DNA of 63,872 nucleotides, filler included, from Intoshia linei (Eukaryota; Animalia; Orthonectida): the NCBI GenBank assembly GCA_001642005.1. It is 8 parts of 8 records of this genome, joined end to end, with 100 filler letters (N's around TTAATTAATTAA, not from the genome) between each part and the next. Parts side by side here need not be neighbours in the genome. Positions count along the whole stretch, not along the records: positions 34,110 to 62,501 come from LWCA01000418.1; 7 more parts are not named here. One strand, given 5' to 3'. The position numbers were made by a program, and so were the translations under genes. Below are positions 35,093 to 61,652 of this stretch, piece after piece (position 1 is the stretch's first letter; each line of letters opens with the position of its first letter). The notes beneath the pieces are model-generated. The model saw only the letters and a list, made by a program, of their open reading frames with translations. It had not been told where the DNA came from and made no database searches.

Positions 35093-36180
35093 TGAGACGT
35101 CTCTGTAGTGATATATAATATCACTATGAAGATTGAAGATGAGATTGATTGTTATTTATCTATATTATCAACCTAAGTTGAATTTGCTTGTTCTATTAAA
35201 AGCTCTTATTTAAATCTTACTAATTATACTACAGTCTCATCTTCATTATTTTGGACTGTTAGCTACTGAATGTAGTTTTTCTTTTTACCATTTTATGTTA
35301 AATTTGTAACAATTATCAATAAAAAAACGTTTCAATTAGTATAAATTTAGTTTTATATTTTATATTACGTTGCTGTAGTGTCATAAATTAATTAAAGTTT
35401 ACAAAATTTTTTGAAAATGAAAATTTGAAATTTAAAAATTGCGTAGCAATGAAAAATCAATGAATGATTTTCACCCATATGTCTTTACTGGAAATGTGTA
35501 GACGTACAATCCACATTTTTTTTGAAATTGTAGGATCAATATTTACGTTTTTGATTTTAATCGAAATATTTGAAAAATATTGGTTGATAATATATTAAAA
35601 ATTATTTTTCACCAGGAATACGTAGATTTCTGGAGTTGAAATTTTGTTTTTGTATCAACTGGAATAAGCTTTATCAGAATAATCTTTTTTTTAATTTTCG
35701 GACTATTAAATATTTCACATTTTATGTTTTAATAAAATGGTTCGGAAAAAAAATATATGAATACTAAAATGCTTTTTTGACCGTGAAGTCGTCAACTTAT
35801 CAGATTTAAATTTTTTGTTATTAACATGATACAACTGTACCTACCTGTAAATTTTTTGAAATTCTAGGGCTGTTTTCATAAAAAAAGAAGGGTAATTAAA
35901 AAAGGAGGAAGGGAATATGTGGTTTTGGCCATGAAGAAATAATTTTTTTAAATTTAAATATATGATAATGTTTATGATTTTAAAACTTGCATCAGCGTAT
36001 ATATTTTTTTAAATTCTCCACCTCGTTTAATTTTCAAAAAAAGTGACAACAGGGGTTTTTATTCAATAAGATGTGAAATTGGGAGGTTAAAAATATCTTA
36101 TTATACGTCTCGGAAAAAACTTTAATTGAAATGTGGTCTTTAAAAAATTCTAAGAGTGCTAGTTATTTTATTAAACTATT
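34242..36180 (-). mobile_element. Near full-length non-autonomous Helitron, interrupted at about 34920-35360
   Basis: 3' CTAG|T at 34245-34242 with the hairpin gctgttttgtac-tac-gtacaaacagc. The body is colinear with 57257-58300 and 44770-45710. Confidence 0.8.
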
Positions 36181-38809
36181 TTTTCGAAATATTTCATAAA
36201 ATATAAATAACTAAAATTTGCGTCGTTTGAGACTAAAAGTTAAGAAGAATATGTTATCAATAAAAATATTATTTCGACTTGAACGGATTTATGTTTTATA
36301 TATGTAACACAATTTCTAACAAAAATCTGAGTTTTGATATAGAGTCTAGACCAGTGGTTACCGTACTACAGACCCCCATTTTAAAATATTATTTATTTTT
36401 TTTACTCAATAAAAACATGAATATAAAAAATTTATGAAAAAATGAAATTTTTATCACATAAAAATCGGTAAAATCGTGTTTTCAAAAAAATATTGGAAAA
36501 AGGGGATTTTTTCATTAAGGGTTAGTAAAATCTGATTTTTTATTTTGGGGTTTGGATTAAGAAGTTGTTGCTCATAAGCTTTGGCAAAATCGATTTTTCC
36601 AAAAAATATGGGAACAAGAGGATATTTTCCTAATAGTTTGAAATGGAATTTTTTATTAAATTTTAGTAATGGTAAGATAAAAGTGGGATTTGTGAAATAA
36701 TAATGTAGTGGTCGTTTAGACTTTGAGATAAGGTACCAACATCTGGAAACTCTATAATAACTATTAAAAATTCTCCCCTAAAAATAAACAAAGTTGATAA
36801 ATTTTTTTTATATATTTTAGTTGAATCTTATGGACGCCAGGCAGTAGCAAGTCAAATGTCAAATGACAAATGTGCCCCTAAAATATTATAATTTGTCTAA
36901 AATTAAAAAAATTTTCTAGGACACATCAAATTAAATTTAATTGCTTTTATTGAATTATGCTTGTTATCATTGTTTACGTTTTATGTATATTAATTTGTTA
37001 TCGTAGTGTCATAGCAGTTTAAGTTACATTATCCAACTTAACGTTATTGATAATCGAAAGAGAACTAGACATAAAAATATATGAATAAACATAATAAAAA
37101 AATTCACGTTTAAATATATTATATGAGTTTGGTACCATATAAATTTATTTCATCCCCCCTGGCTGAAAATCCTAGATATAATAAACTTAAAAATTATAAT
37201 AACATCATTTGAACAATCACATTAGTATGTAATACATTGAAATTATTATTTTAAAATAAATATAATGATTTCTTTAAAATGTAATATTATAATAAAATGT
37301 TTTTTATTATATGATATTAAAGCATGTAAAAAGAAAAATTAGTATTACTATTATGATTAAATTTATTAATATGAATTTATTTTTGAATTGATTTTTACAG
37401 TTGGTTTATTTATTTTGTTATTAATAATTTAACATATATTTAAACTTTTTTTAAACCATAATAAAATAATAAAAAACATTATTTCATAACATTCCTGCAA
37501 GGTTCAATGTTTCGAAATTAATAATAATTATAAGCGTCCATTTTCGAAGTGAAAAAAGAAAAGTTATTTAAAATGTCTACAAATCAAATAATAACAGCTA
37601 GAGAATATAAACATGTTAAGTATTGATTTATATCAGATAGTTTTGTTGGCTGGGTTGAGTTCTCACATATCTGAAACTTCTTTAAAAGGTCTGAATATTA
37701 ATAAATATCTATAGTACTTATATATAGTAAATTATGTAATAACTTATAAATGTAGTCAGTAAATAAAATAAAATTCGCAAATTTACAATGTTTTATACAT
37801 GTATAGTAAATATAATAAAATTATACAGTTGGTAAATACATTTAATTATCCATGTTAATTATTATTAATGTAATATTTATGTACCACAATCTATTTGATG
37901 TTTGAGATTAAAACTTCAGATTCAAAAGTTTTGGTTAAATAATATTTTTATCAACACCAAACAATAAATTCCATTTTAACCAAATAGTGAGATAAAAATA
38001 TTACACTCTACATTACTAATACAAATAGTTTTATATTATTGTTAATGATATATAAATAGATGGTAATTATCATTCATATTAAAAGTTTTTTATAGTTATA
38101 ATTCTAATAAATATAATAAATAATATTATAATAATAAATAAATGCAGTATGTAAATCATTTTATGTTAATAGTGAAATAAATTTAGTAAACAATTTCATT
38201 ACTTTTAATCATTTTATATGTAATAAATTAAAATCATAATTTATGCAATTTATTGTAGTGTGTAAATAAATATTAAAGTTATTCAATAATTAACTTTGCT
38301 AATATGCATGTTTAAATATGATGAATTATCATTGATAATAAATATTATAAAACGTTTGTTTAGTATGTAAGCATAATAATAAATTGTATTAACAAATTTT
38401 ATTTTAATTATGTTAATACTGCATAACCGACGATTTTTTGAATATTTTATGTGTTAGGTAGTAATATTATAGTAATAGATATATTATATTTAAAATAAAA
38501 AATACGTATGATATTATATAATTATGAAATAATTAATTTATTATAATAGTTTAATATACATAATTTGTAAATATTGTACTAATAGTTCGTAAGTTTGAAG
38601 TTTAAGTTTTATATAAATTTCACTATAAGTAAAAATACATGTACATGGTGAATTTTTTTATTTGTTTTTTATATGTATATTATTATCTCCTGGTATAGCA
38701 GGTTTGAAATACCTTTAACTTAACAATTAAATTAAATTATTACATAATTTTACATATTATAGTTTGTAAATCATGCATTATTTATACACTACTAATACTG
38801 CATATTAAT

Positions 38810-39237
38810 CAGAGACAGATTAATTGAACCACATTTCAGAAAAGGTGGTCCGCTTTTAGCAACATGGTGATGTTATTTTTGGGTGTAACCACATATATAT
38901 TATCAAATTAAATTGCTTAAAATGTATTTTCATGATAATGATTCAATTAAATTCAAATTTTTTATTTACATCTTAATCAAAAGTACTCAATTTGATACTC
39001 CAAATTGACAAAGATGAGCGAATTGAGAATTTTTTTCAAAATTTAATTCTTTTAAATTTTATTTAGATTTTTTAGAATATATTTTCCACTTTTTTTGATT
39101 TTTTTTTTGGTTTTTGCTTTCTGCAATGATAAAATTAGTAATTATAGTAAAACAGTGAAAATTATGAAAATTTTTTTATTTTGAAAAAAGTGGTCCACAT
39201 ATCAAAACCGGTACATAATCCGTTTAATCCGTCGCTA
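38810..39237. mobile_element. Probable MITE
   Basis: Ends cagagacagatta...aaaaggtggtcc and aaaagtggtcc...taatccgtcgcta form degenerate TIRs. Confidence 0.4.
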
Positions 39238-41727
39238 CTATAGTAAATGTATGTAGAAATTATCAAGTTTTTTATTGGTGTAATTTATTTTGAAATCTTT
39301 AAGCATGTAATTATAATTTTGATTATAATATATTAATAAATAATTAACAACATTAAAACAAATGTAAGTAAATAAGTTAATTATTTTTAGACAGTAATTG
39401 CAATTTATAATAATTTGTATCAAATAATTTATAATACAATTTACATCAATTTTAATACACAATACATGTATATCGTCTTAAATTTTAATTTTATAATTCA
39501 AATTCATTATTTTAAAAATTTTAAATTTAAAAATGAAAGTTGGTATACTTAAAATTAAAAGTTACCCTTTTTTATATAGATGTATTATAAATATTTTTGC
39601 TTAAAGGAGGTATTTATCGTTATTTTTTTGCTTTCGATGTGTATTAATATTTATAATTCATGATAATGATAATTTATGATTGAAAATTGGAGCTAATTTT
39701 GTATATTTATTAAATATTATTTATCAGATTGTAATTTTCGTTGTTATATGAATATGTAATAAATCCTATGCAAAAGTACGCATGATGCATGAAGTACGGT
39801 GTATATTATTTATAGTCATTAAATTCAGCTATTTATGCTTACTTCACAACATATATATTGTAATACATTGACATTTATTTGCATAATAGTTGTATCTAAT
39901 CAATATTATGTTATTTTTTTAGATTGTAAATTTAAACAATATAAAATTTATAATTTTAGTAATACATGTAATGATGTAGTAATTTTCTGTCATATTTCAA
40001 AAATTTTACTTAATGTTTAATTACATATATGTAGTACATTGTACTTATTTGCATAGCTATGTATGGGGTGTTCAACTTTAAATTGACCACTTAAAATTGA
40101 CGAAAAGTGGTCACTTTTTTGATGAGGGTAACTTTTGGTGGTTTAAATAAATGACATTAATTAATTTATAATAATGATTAATAATTTTGTGAAAAATAAC
40201 ATATTAATTAAATACATGATTTTAAATAATTGGCAATGTTTTGATAGATGGACTGTTTAATATTAATTAATACACCTGGACAATACCGATAAAAATAATA
40301 TTTTCAATTTATGATTATAATAATAAAAATAAATGATTATAGCCAATAAAAATAATTTCATAAAGTTGTGCTATATTAAGATAAATTTTATAATAATTTA
40401 GAATTTTTTCATTTTTAGCAGGGTTTCCATACCTTTTACTTAAATATCTGAATCTTAAATTAAATCAACAAAAATTTAATTTTAAGAAGGATAACTTACA
40501 ATTAAACATAGCAATTTTTTCTAGAATTTTTTGTATGGTATTTTTAAAATTTAAATCGTCTCCATTAAAATTTAAACACTTAAATATTTTTTGAGTATAA
40601 CTATTTTTATATATGTTTTTACCGAAACATTTCAAACAAGTACAAAAAGTAACACCACTTATAATCATTTTCTACATGTATTCAATATTTAATATAAAAG
40701 AAGTTGGTGGAAAATTCTATTATTATATATTTACTTTAATAATTAAAAATTATAATAAATTTTATGATTTAATCATATATAGATGGTAAATATATAAATG
40801 AATATTTGAAGTAAGAAATATTCGATGATAATGTATATTTCTAATTAAGTCTAAAAACGTACCCTGTACCCTAGACCCGTGACTTCCAATACCAAAACGC
40901 ACGATATATTTATGAATTTTTATTTTAGCGTGTAAATTATTATATAAACCCGTTTTATGCCTGAGACATATATGTATGAATAAAAAATCATTATAGCAAG
41001 TAAATACAATATAATGTTATATTGTTAAATCTAAAGTGATAACTATTATTTTGTGCTTGAATAAATGTTTAATTCATAAAATCTTTAAAAACATTACACC
41101 ATAACTACCCTAACCGTAAGAAAAACTGTTAATAGGAAAAAAGCACTTGACACCCTAATGACCATGTATATTAACATAAATGTAAATATATCATTTTATC
41201 AGGCCTTTATCAACTACATGTATATGAAATTCATTATAAAAATTTTAAAATGATTAAAATTAAGAAGGTCCAGATCAACATTTTACAATTGCGATAATAT
41301 TCACCTTATTCATATTTGTAGCAGGTAATTTTACATAATTATCTTAATATAAAATCATAGTATTAAATAATATGAAATATGTTCAATGAACATTTTTTAA
41401 ATTTCAGGTTGTAACATACTTTTTCAAATCATTTAAGTCATTTAATTTTATTTCTTTTTGTTAATTATTGATGTTAATTATTAAGTGTGTAAATTTAATA
41501 TTTATCTTGGCATTATGAGTATAGTTCTGGTGTGAATATTTTGCCAACATTATACTTTTTTTGATAATCTCTATTTTTTATAGTTGGTAAATTGTACTCA
41601 TTTTCTTATTATAACAATATTATGCATGGAAAACTACCTGTATTAAAAATAATTATTTTACTTGATAGTACTCATTTTTATAAAATAGTACTTAAATAAT
41701 ATAGTTAGTAAAAGTGGATTGTTCACA

Positions 41728-42322
41728 TCCTAACATATATAAAACTATTTTGTGTGTCTGTCTGTAAAAGTGTTATCATTTATTTCAATAACTAAAAGTC
41801 ATAAAATTTTAATGTCAAAAAATAATTCCTACAATTGTCAAACACAAATTCCCAAATATCCTTTTTTTAAAAATTAAACGAGTTATAGAATTTAAAAAAT
41901 ATACACTCTAATATAGATTTTAAAATACTAAATATTATCATAAATTTAAATTTAAAAAAAATATATCTTAATGGCCAAAACCACAAATGACCTTTTTTTT
42001 TAATGAAATCAGCCCTATAATTTAAAAATTTTTACAGGTGGTACAGTTGTATCCTGTTAACATACACAAAAAATTTCATTCTGAATAAGTGGCGCCTACA
42101 TGTGTATATTTTTTTAAATTCTCGAACTCGTTTAATTTTGAAAAAAAAGGACAATTGGGCTTTTTGATCCGTAGAATGTAAATTTGGGAGGTTGAAATTA
42201 TCTTACTAACACCCGCAAAAAACTGTAATTGAAATGTAAACTTTATAAAATTCTAAGACTGGTAGTTATTGAAATAAACGATAACACACATAGACAAATA
42301 AAGTATATTATATAAGTAAAGA
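41728..42322. repeat. Two Helitron 5' portions fused in inverted orientation
   Basis: Plus-strand A|TCctaacatatata...tgtgtgtctgtctg at the left. Minus-strand ...aacacacatagac...tattatataagtaaaga at the right. Junction near 42100. Confidence 0.6.
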
Positions 42323-43621
42323 CTACATTTTACAAAAATTGTATAAAAATATTAAAACACTTTTAATAAAATGACGTAATTTAGAATAAGATTAAAAAAA
42401 TCTCCATCTGCAGAGCTAGTTACTATTTTACAAAGCAGTGGCGGATCTAGAATTTTCAGCCAGAGGGGGGCTAAATAAATATTAGAGGTTCAAACGCGTA
42501 TAATTTATTTAAATTGGAATTTTGATACTAATTAATATAAATATACCTTTTTTATGTATATTGAAATTACATGTATTACTTATTACTTATATAAAATTTA
42601 GAATATATAAAAGCAATCTATTTTCCGAAAACGGTTGATCCACTATTGAATAATGTTGAAATAAAGAGAATTGCCAATTCATTAATAAATACGTTTGGTG
42701 GAGTTTTAATTTAAATTAAAATAATTTGTTACGCTAAGTAAATAAAATTTTATGTTTAAAAATGTATTATTTTCATTTACTATAAAATTTTTATAACATA
42801 AATAAGTAAAATAAAACACTATTATAAAAGTGTATATTTAATATATATATATGTATTATTATCATAATTAAATTATATAATTATAATTTTTACTACATAA
42901 TACAAAAGACATACTTATATATACAAAATTTTAACAGTATATATTTTATATCGTGATACATTAATTTGTCTGACATTTTACATTATAATGCAAAACATAC
43001 ACAATAATGTACTATCAATAAATCAACATTGATGTTGTAGTAGTATTATACATTTCTAAGTAAAAATACTTCAATCTGTCATTAAATTTACAAAAATTGA
43101 ATTAATTGGTAAAATACTATAGTAACAATATAGTTTACATATACATTTACAATACATGTATTGTTTATTTAATATAAAATAATCACATTGAAAAATTGCC
43201 AATATTTAATTTTTAGGAAATTAATTTAAATTACTCTACATTAATTATCATATACTTTGATATACTAAAGATATATTGCATATTATCCATAAAATTTATA
43301 ATTATCCGCGTTTTCTCAGTTGTCATTGCAAATTAAAACACTAATTATGGGAAATCTATAAATGAAAGGTCAAAAAATAGAATATAATGAGCTACTGGTA
43401 GCTCAACTTTAATTCAAATTAAATTTTTCAAATTTTCTGTTTAAATACATAACACTAATATCTAATATAAAAATAAACTATGTATACTAAAAAATAAATT
43501 AAATGAAGTTATAAAGTGTAAATTAACTAAAACAAGCAACATTTTAGTTAACATTAAATCATCTAATATCATAGTTACGTTGTTGTTTACACTACAAACT
43601 CGATATCTATAAATTATTGGC

Positions 43622-55370
<11,749 letters not shown>

Positions 55371-55855
55371 ATTTTAATTTATTTCAAATAAATTTGTATG
55401 CCTATTAACGCGACTCGCGCACAGTTTATATAGCTTGACAAATTTTTAAGGTCCATTGATAGTTTGGAATTGTAATTTAACTTCATCACCGCTGAGACTG
55501 AGCAAAACGAAATGTTCAAAAATAATTAGTAAATCTATATCCTCATTTTTTAAAATTAACTTTGAATGAAGTATATAAATAAATTTATATGGTAATTTTT
55601 ATGACATTTTTTACAAAATTTAAATTTTGGATTCATATTTCACATTATTACGATTATGACCTTGTGGTTCTGTTCATTGGTGTATAATTTAGTAATTTTT
55701 GTATTGAATTAACGTAAGATAAAAGCATTCGCCGACAACAGTATATTTTTAAACCCAAAACGTCAAGAGTCACTAAATATACAATTTTATTTAAAATATC
55801 GTAATAATAATATAATAGAAAAGTTAAATATAGAAAGAGATAATATTTAACTAAA

Positions 55856-56334
55856 TAGAGCCGTTTTAAGGCATGGTCAATATGGGCTGTAGCCCAGGGC
55901 CACTCATTAAAAAAGGCCCCTAAATTATTAAAAGTACTTTACACTTATATCTTAAAAAGAGGCCCCGAATTTATTAAAAAATACTTCATTTATATCTTAA
56001 GAAACAGTTTATAAGTTTTGAAGTGTGAAAATTCAAATAGCTAGAAAGAAAATAGTTTAAAGAATCAAAGTTCTGGTAAATATTGAATTTAAAATATATT
56101 CTACTATGTTCATCATATAATATTGACATAAAAACCGTTTCAAATGATAATATTAAACATTAAAACCTTTCTATCAAGTGAATATTCAAAAAAGAAAGTA
56201 TGAAATCTTAGATTTTCTCTTATTAATTTTAAAAAAAGGGGCCCTAAGTTTTTTTTATCGCTTCGCTATAAACTTTAAAGGTCCTCCGGTCATTTTCTTA
56301 AGCCAGGGCCACGAAGTGGTTTAAGACAGCTCTG
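55856..56334. mobile_element. hAT-like MITE (second copy starts at 63583)
   Basis: agagccgttttaag... / ...ttaagacagctctg TIRs with ggcccc subterminal motifs. About 170 bp is near-identical to 63583-63750. Confidence 0.7.
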
Positions 56335-56445
56335 TTTGGCACCCCTGGTTTAAATAACTATTTTGGGTTAATCCTAAGTAAACCATTTAACACATTATAA
56401 TTCCGATTTACAACCGATGGTCCCCATGTAGAGTGTATAATATAA

Positions 56446-56751
56446 TTGATTGGACCATTACACTCTGCTATGATATTAAACAACCCAACAGAATGTGTAA
56501 ATATAACAAACCCTTTAAGAGAAGATACATATCAATTGGAATTTTATACAAAAGAATTAGCCCTTCAATGGTATACATTTTTAAACAAAGCAGCCATTAA
56601 ACTCTTACCTGACAATTTAATTCATTTCGATGACACTAGTACCGAATCAAAAAGCAGTAATGACAATCACAAGGAAAACAAAGAACTTGCTAATAAACTT
56701 AGAAAAACAAATTTCAATTTTAAAAAGGATAAATACCATTTAATCATTTAA
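56446..56751 (+). pseudogene. Isolated ORF resembling the C-terminal half of a PH-like domain
   Basis: CVNITNPLREDTYQLEFYTKELALQWYTFLNKA resembles PH beta6-beta7 plus the Trp helix. The track start is TTG, and no convincing splice path was found. Flanked by repeats. Confidence 0.35.
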
Positions 56752-57256
56752 TTAGAATAAAATTTATTTATTTTAGATTTTTAAAAAAGTGTTTCAAAAC
56801 ATACATAATATTGATAGATTCGTCTTTTAAACGCGTTCTATGTCGAATTTTCGATTCCTAAAACTAGTCCATTCATCAAGGGATATACTAAAACGTTTAC
56901 CATTTTCTCAGTTAAAATTGATACTATTAATATGAAATATGTATTTAACATAAGTCACTAGGTTGTTTCGGCAAACTATAGGATAATTTTCTAAATGCCT
57001 CTCTTATAAATTCACTTTTAGTTATTGCCGTCATTGAAAATCCATCCTTACACACTATCTCAGCTACCAATTCCTCCCTGATTTTAATTTGCTTTACAAA
57101 TTAATTAATTGATGTTTGTTTCATTATTTTTTTTGGTTGACATATATTCGCATGACTTTTTATATTGTGACGTTGTCAATGTCTACGAAGGCCTGAGGTC
57201 AAAGATTCACTGCAACATATCATTTTCTTGCAAACCTTACACTCTGCTTTATCGCC

Positions 57257-58300
57257 TTTACAAACAGCACCTAGCTCTGCTGAGGATATATTTTTATTAT
57301 AACAAAAAAATAAATTCACGTTAAAAATATAACTTAAAAATCTTACTATTAACTATTATCAATCCTTTAAAAGAGTGGTTCCCAAATTTTTTTCAAATAG
57401 AACCATCATATCACATTAATTTTTACTTTAAAGTGAATTATTTCATCTTAATTTTTTGTTTATTAACATTTGCGTAAAGAATTTTAAAAACAATTTTATC
57501 TCATTTTTTTAATTTATTAGACAGAATGTTTGTATAATATTAAAAATAAAGTAAAAACAGTCCAATCCTAAAAATTGTCATAAATAGCATACATGTCAGA
57601 AAAAATAAAATGATAAAAACCTATTTTGTCATTTTCAATGATGATCATCATCACTGATGATGTATATATTCAGTACCAATTTTTTAAATACTTAAAAATG
57701 CCAATTATGTATCAATAATTAACCGAATCTTCACTTTATAAACATATTTGAGGCGAATTTTACCAATATTGCAAAGGATTGTAATAAATATAAAAATAAT
57801 ATTAACAAAATTGCATTTACTTTTAGTTTCGTTGTTGTAGTTTCTAATTAAATTTTATTCAAAATGTTTTGAAAATGAAAATTTGAAATTTAAAAATTGC
57901 GTAGCAATGAAAAAAATTCCGAAAGAATGTATTATATAGATTTTCACCCAAATTTCTTTTTTGGAAATGTTTAGACGTTCATTGCAGTTTTTTTTAAATT
58001 GTTAAATTTTTTTGAATATATGAATACTAAAATGCTTTTTTGATCGTGAAGTCATCACTTATTCGGAATAAAATTTTCTGTGTATGTTAACAGGATACAA
58101 CTGTACCACCTGTAAAATTTTTTAAATTATAGGGCTATTTTCATAAAAAAAAGGGTTATTTGTGGTTTTGGCCCTGAAGATGTAATTTTTTTAAATTTAA
58201 ATTTATGGTAATGTTTATGATTTTAAAATCTGTATCAGCGTATATATTTTTTTAAATTCTCCAACTTGTTTGATTTTAAAAAAAATGACAATTGGGGTTT
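57257..58300 (-). mobile_element. Helitron copy (3' portion)
   Basis: acaaacagcacctagctctgc 3' motif and an uninterrupted family body. Confidence 0.8.
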
Positions 58301-59448
58301 CCGTATCTAATATGAACAAAATAAACAAAAAAAATATGACTGTTAATATATAAAATATGTTTATACATTTTTAAGCAGGTTTACAAGTTATTAAAAATTG
58401 AGATATTTCCATTTTCAAATAAATTGTTTTAAAACACCAATTTATTCAGAAAAACTTTCAATTTAGGAGAATTCTGATTCAAATTTTTTCCTTTCAAATA
58501 TTGACTAAGTCACATTAAATTAAATTAATTACGTTAAAAATATTTCTAAGATCGAAAATTTTTGACTTACGTCTATATTTTTAAACTTTGTAAAATAATT
58601 ATGATTTCAAGGATTTTTTTTAATGAGTATTTATACCTTAAACTTTATAAACGCTATCACAGCTTCCCATAAAATTACCAGCCTTCTCAGAATATTACAC
58701 TTGAAAATCCAACTTACCTCGATATGAAATAGAAAGAATTTTTACATGTAAATTTATTCTCACAAAGTATATTACACTCACAATATAACAGTTTATATAT
58801 TATATTGATAACATACATTTTAATAGATATATTTTAAATAATATATTAAAGCTCTATGAGGATCACCATAATTTTTCTGGACCATGTTGATAATCACTGA
58901 TATAATTTAAATATTTGGTTTTTTTATCCATTGTATAATTAATAATAGAGGATTATAATCAAGTCGTTGCGAAAATTTTTTTCAGCGTTACTCTGCTGGA
59001 GTAAAATTTTATTATACGTTTAATAAAGACTTTAAAATAAACTAATCGACTGTATAATGTTATTTGATGTCTTCAACGTGGGTAGTTCTCAGAGAACACA
59101 TAATGTTGAAAACAAATGCAATTATAATAGTCATTCAAAGTATAAGTCAATTAAAAATATTAATGATACAATAATATACCAAATTTAGCCAGCGCCCAAA
59201 AGTTAAAAATGTTTCTACCGCCCCTAATAGCTCCAGCGCCCACTAATCTAGCGCTACCGCCCACGATAGGAATCACTGGCTTAATCAGATGGCTGCGATT
59301 TCTGTTTACTTTACTTATTTACATGTTGATAAAATTGTAGATACCTGCAAATTAATTAAACACTAAAAGTTTTTAGTTGAAACTATCATCGAATATCATA
59401 GTTACATTATTATTTACAGTACAAACGCAGAGCCTATTAAGTATTCTC

Positions 59449-61632
59449 ATGAATATTTATCATTCAATATGCATTGAACCATTAGTATCAATTTATAGGG
59501 TGTGTAATGTTAATTTAGTCTGCGAAATACTTAAACAAAACACTACCAGAAATACTTACATGTTTCAGATCGATTGTACAATTGATCCCCGGATCTTTTT
59601 TAATCACTTTTTTGCCAATATATGTTATTTACGCTATGCAATACCATAAACCTAGAAGCAACAAAATAACAACAAATAATTTCATTTTTAAAACGGTATT
59701 ATTTCAATTATTTCAAGCTGTCGCAATTTTAAAAATTGTAGATATTTACCATTTTTGCCGTCATAAGTCGTGTATCCATTTCAATTCTAGATGTTTATTG
59801 GTATACTTCTGATTTTAATGAATTCATCAAATGGCCCACCATTGTCTATTCTGCGCATGCAGTTTCCATTCTAGCGCAAGTAATATTAATTTTATTAATT
59901 CATTCCATAATTATCATCAATGACACGTGTACTTAGCTTTTATCATTTTGTATTTTATACATGGACAGAAATCGGCATAAGACGAGTAGCTCGTTATTAT
60001 GTATATATTGGCTATTTTCCGTAATTTCCAGTGGAATAGTACTTTACAGTGATATAAATGTAATTCTCGTATTTTTATATTTTTTTAATATTTATTTTAG
60101 TCAATTAATACATCAAAAATAATTACCAATTCAATATTGTTTTTGATTAATACGGCCTTATTAGTTACCTCGTGTTTTTCAGAAAAAAAATACCATGAAC
60201 CAACCGAAGGAAAATGCCCAGAAATATGGGCGTCATTCTTCAGTAGAATAACTTATCACTGGTTAAATGGACCATTATGGCTTGGCGTTAAAAAAACCAT
60301 TACCGAATCTGATTTGTGGAAATTACCCAGAAAACATCAGACAGATATAGTATATAAAAAATTTGAAAAGGTATGGAATAAGCATCTCAAATCAACTCTT
60401 GTCAGGTAATCTATAATTCTCAAAATAATCGTATTTGATTTACATGTAGCGAATTTAACGAAGAATCTAGATTTTCAGAACTGATTGTGAACATTGAACC
60501 CAAAGGTAATATTATCAAAATTCAAATATTTAGGTATACTCTTATTTTTTTTTCTCAAAATATAGGTAGTTTTTCTCAAAATTATGAAAAATTAAAACTA
60601 TTGACAATATCTAGATTACCATAATTTGACTTATTGACTTATTTGACTTACTCTTACTTTAATTTTAGTTACAGAAGTGACACCGCTTATATATAATGGA
60701 AAAAAAAATACACCGAAAACTGTATCGCTATTCAAGATTTTGTTTAAAAAATATGGAATAATGTATGCATTCATGGTTCTTTTGAAATACGTATCAGACA
60801 TTACTTTGATTATTACTCCGATTTTACAAAGGTTTTGTTTATTCTTACTTATACTGAATCGTATAAAGTAAAATTGCAAAATGTTTATGTGTGAGCATTT
60901 ATTGAGATAACGGATAGTCTCAGAAATTTAAAAAACGTAAATTCTAATTCAGTTTAATCCGTTGCAGAAAGTAAGATAAATTTAACTCTCAGCAATTTAC
61001 ATTTTCATGGTCAAAAGCCCAAATAACCTCTTTTTTAAAAATTAACAAATTAAAATAACAAAAATTATAGATATTTTCAGTAGATAGTCATTTTTTTATC
61101 ATAGTCACTGTACATTACACCAATGCTAGGGAAGATGGCTATGAGCCTTATGGTCCGGGTCTACTATCATGAGGACTTACTTTTTAATTTATTAGTAGGT
61201 AATATTGGAAAATTTCTTAAGTATTCCAAAATAATCGTACAATAAAATGTTCTATTAACAGTCCAATTAGTTATTTTCAATTTTTATATAATAAACGATC
61301 AATTAAGAATGTATGAAACGTTCCATTTTTAAAATCATTTTAAGGTGGCCTACTGCTGGATCTCCACGACCCTGCATTACACACTGATGCTTGTTGGTGT
61401 GATTCTGATAAAAGAATAATAGTCGTATGTAGTATTAATTATGTATTTATTTAGTTATTTTATTGATTTTAATGAAGATGATAATATTCACGTATGGAAA
61501 AGATATGGAATAGCTTTTCTATTTTTTCCAGTTACATTTATTGGATCTTTAGCATTACATTATATTTTTGCTATATCTACAAAATTAAGTGTTGATATTT
61601 ACTCTTGCATATGTACTGCTATTTATGATAAG
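59449..61632 (+). CDS. Second ABCC/MRP paralog, first 8 exons (remainder not in visible sequence)
   Basis: Exon-for-exon match to 43622-49807: MNIYHSICIEPL, LIPGSFLITFLPIYVIYA, KCPEIWASFFSRITYHW, WKRYGIAFLFFPVTFIGSLALHY. Confidence 0.9.
61121..61374. mobile_element. hAT MITE in an ABCC-2 intron
   Basis: Perfect 8-bp TSD cattacac and right end ...ccacgaccctg. The left TIR is degenerate. Confidence 0.6.
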
Positions 61633-61652
61633 GTTATTAAATTTATCAAGTA

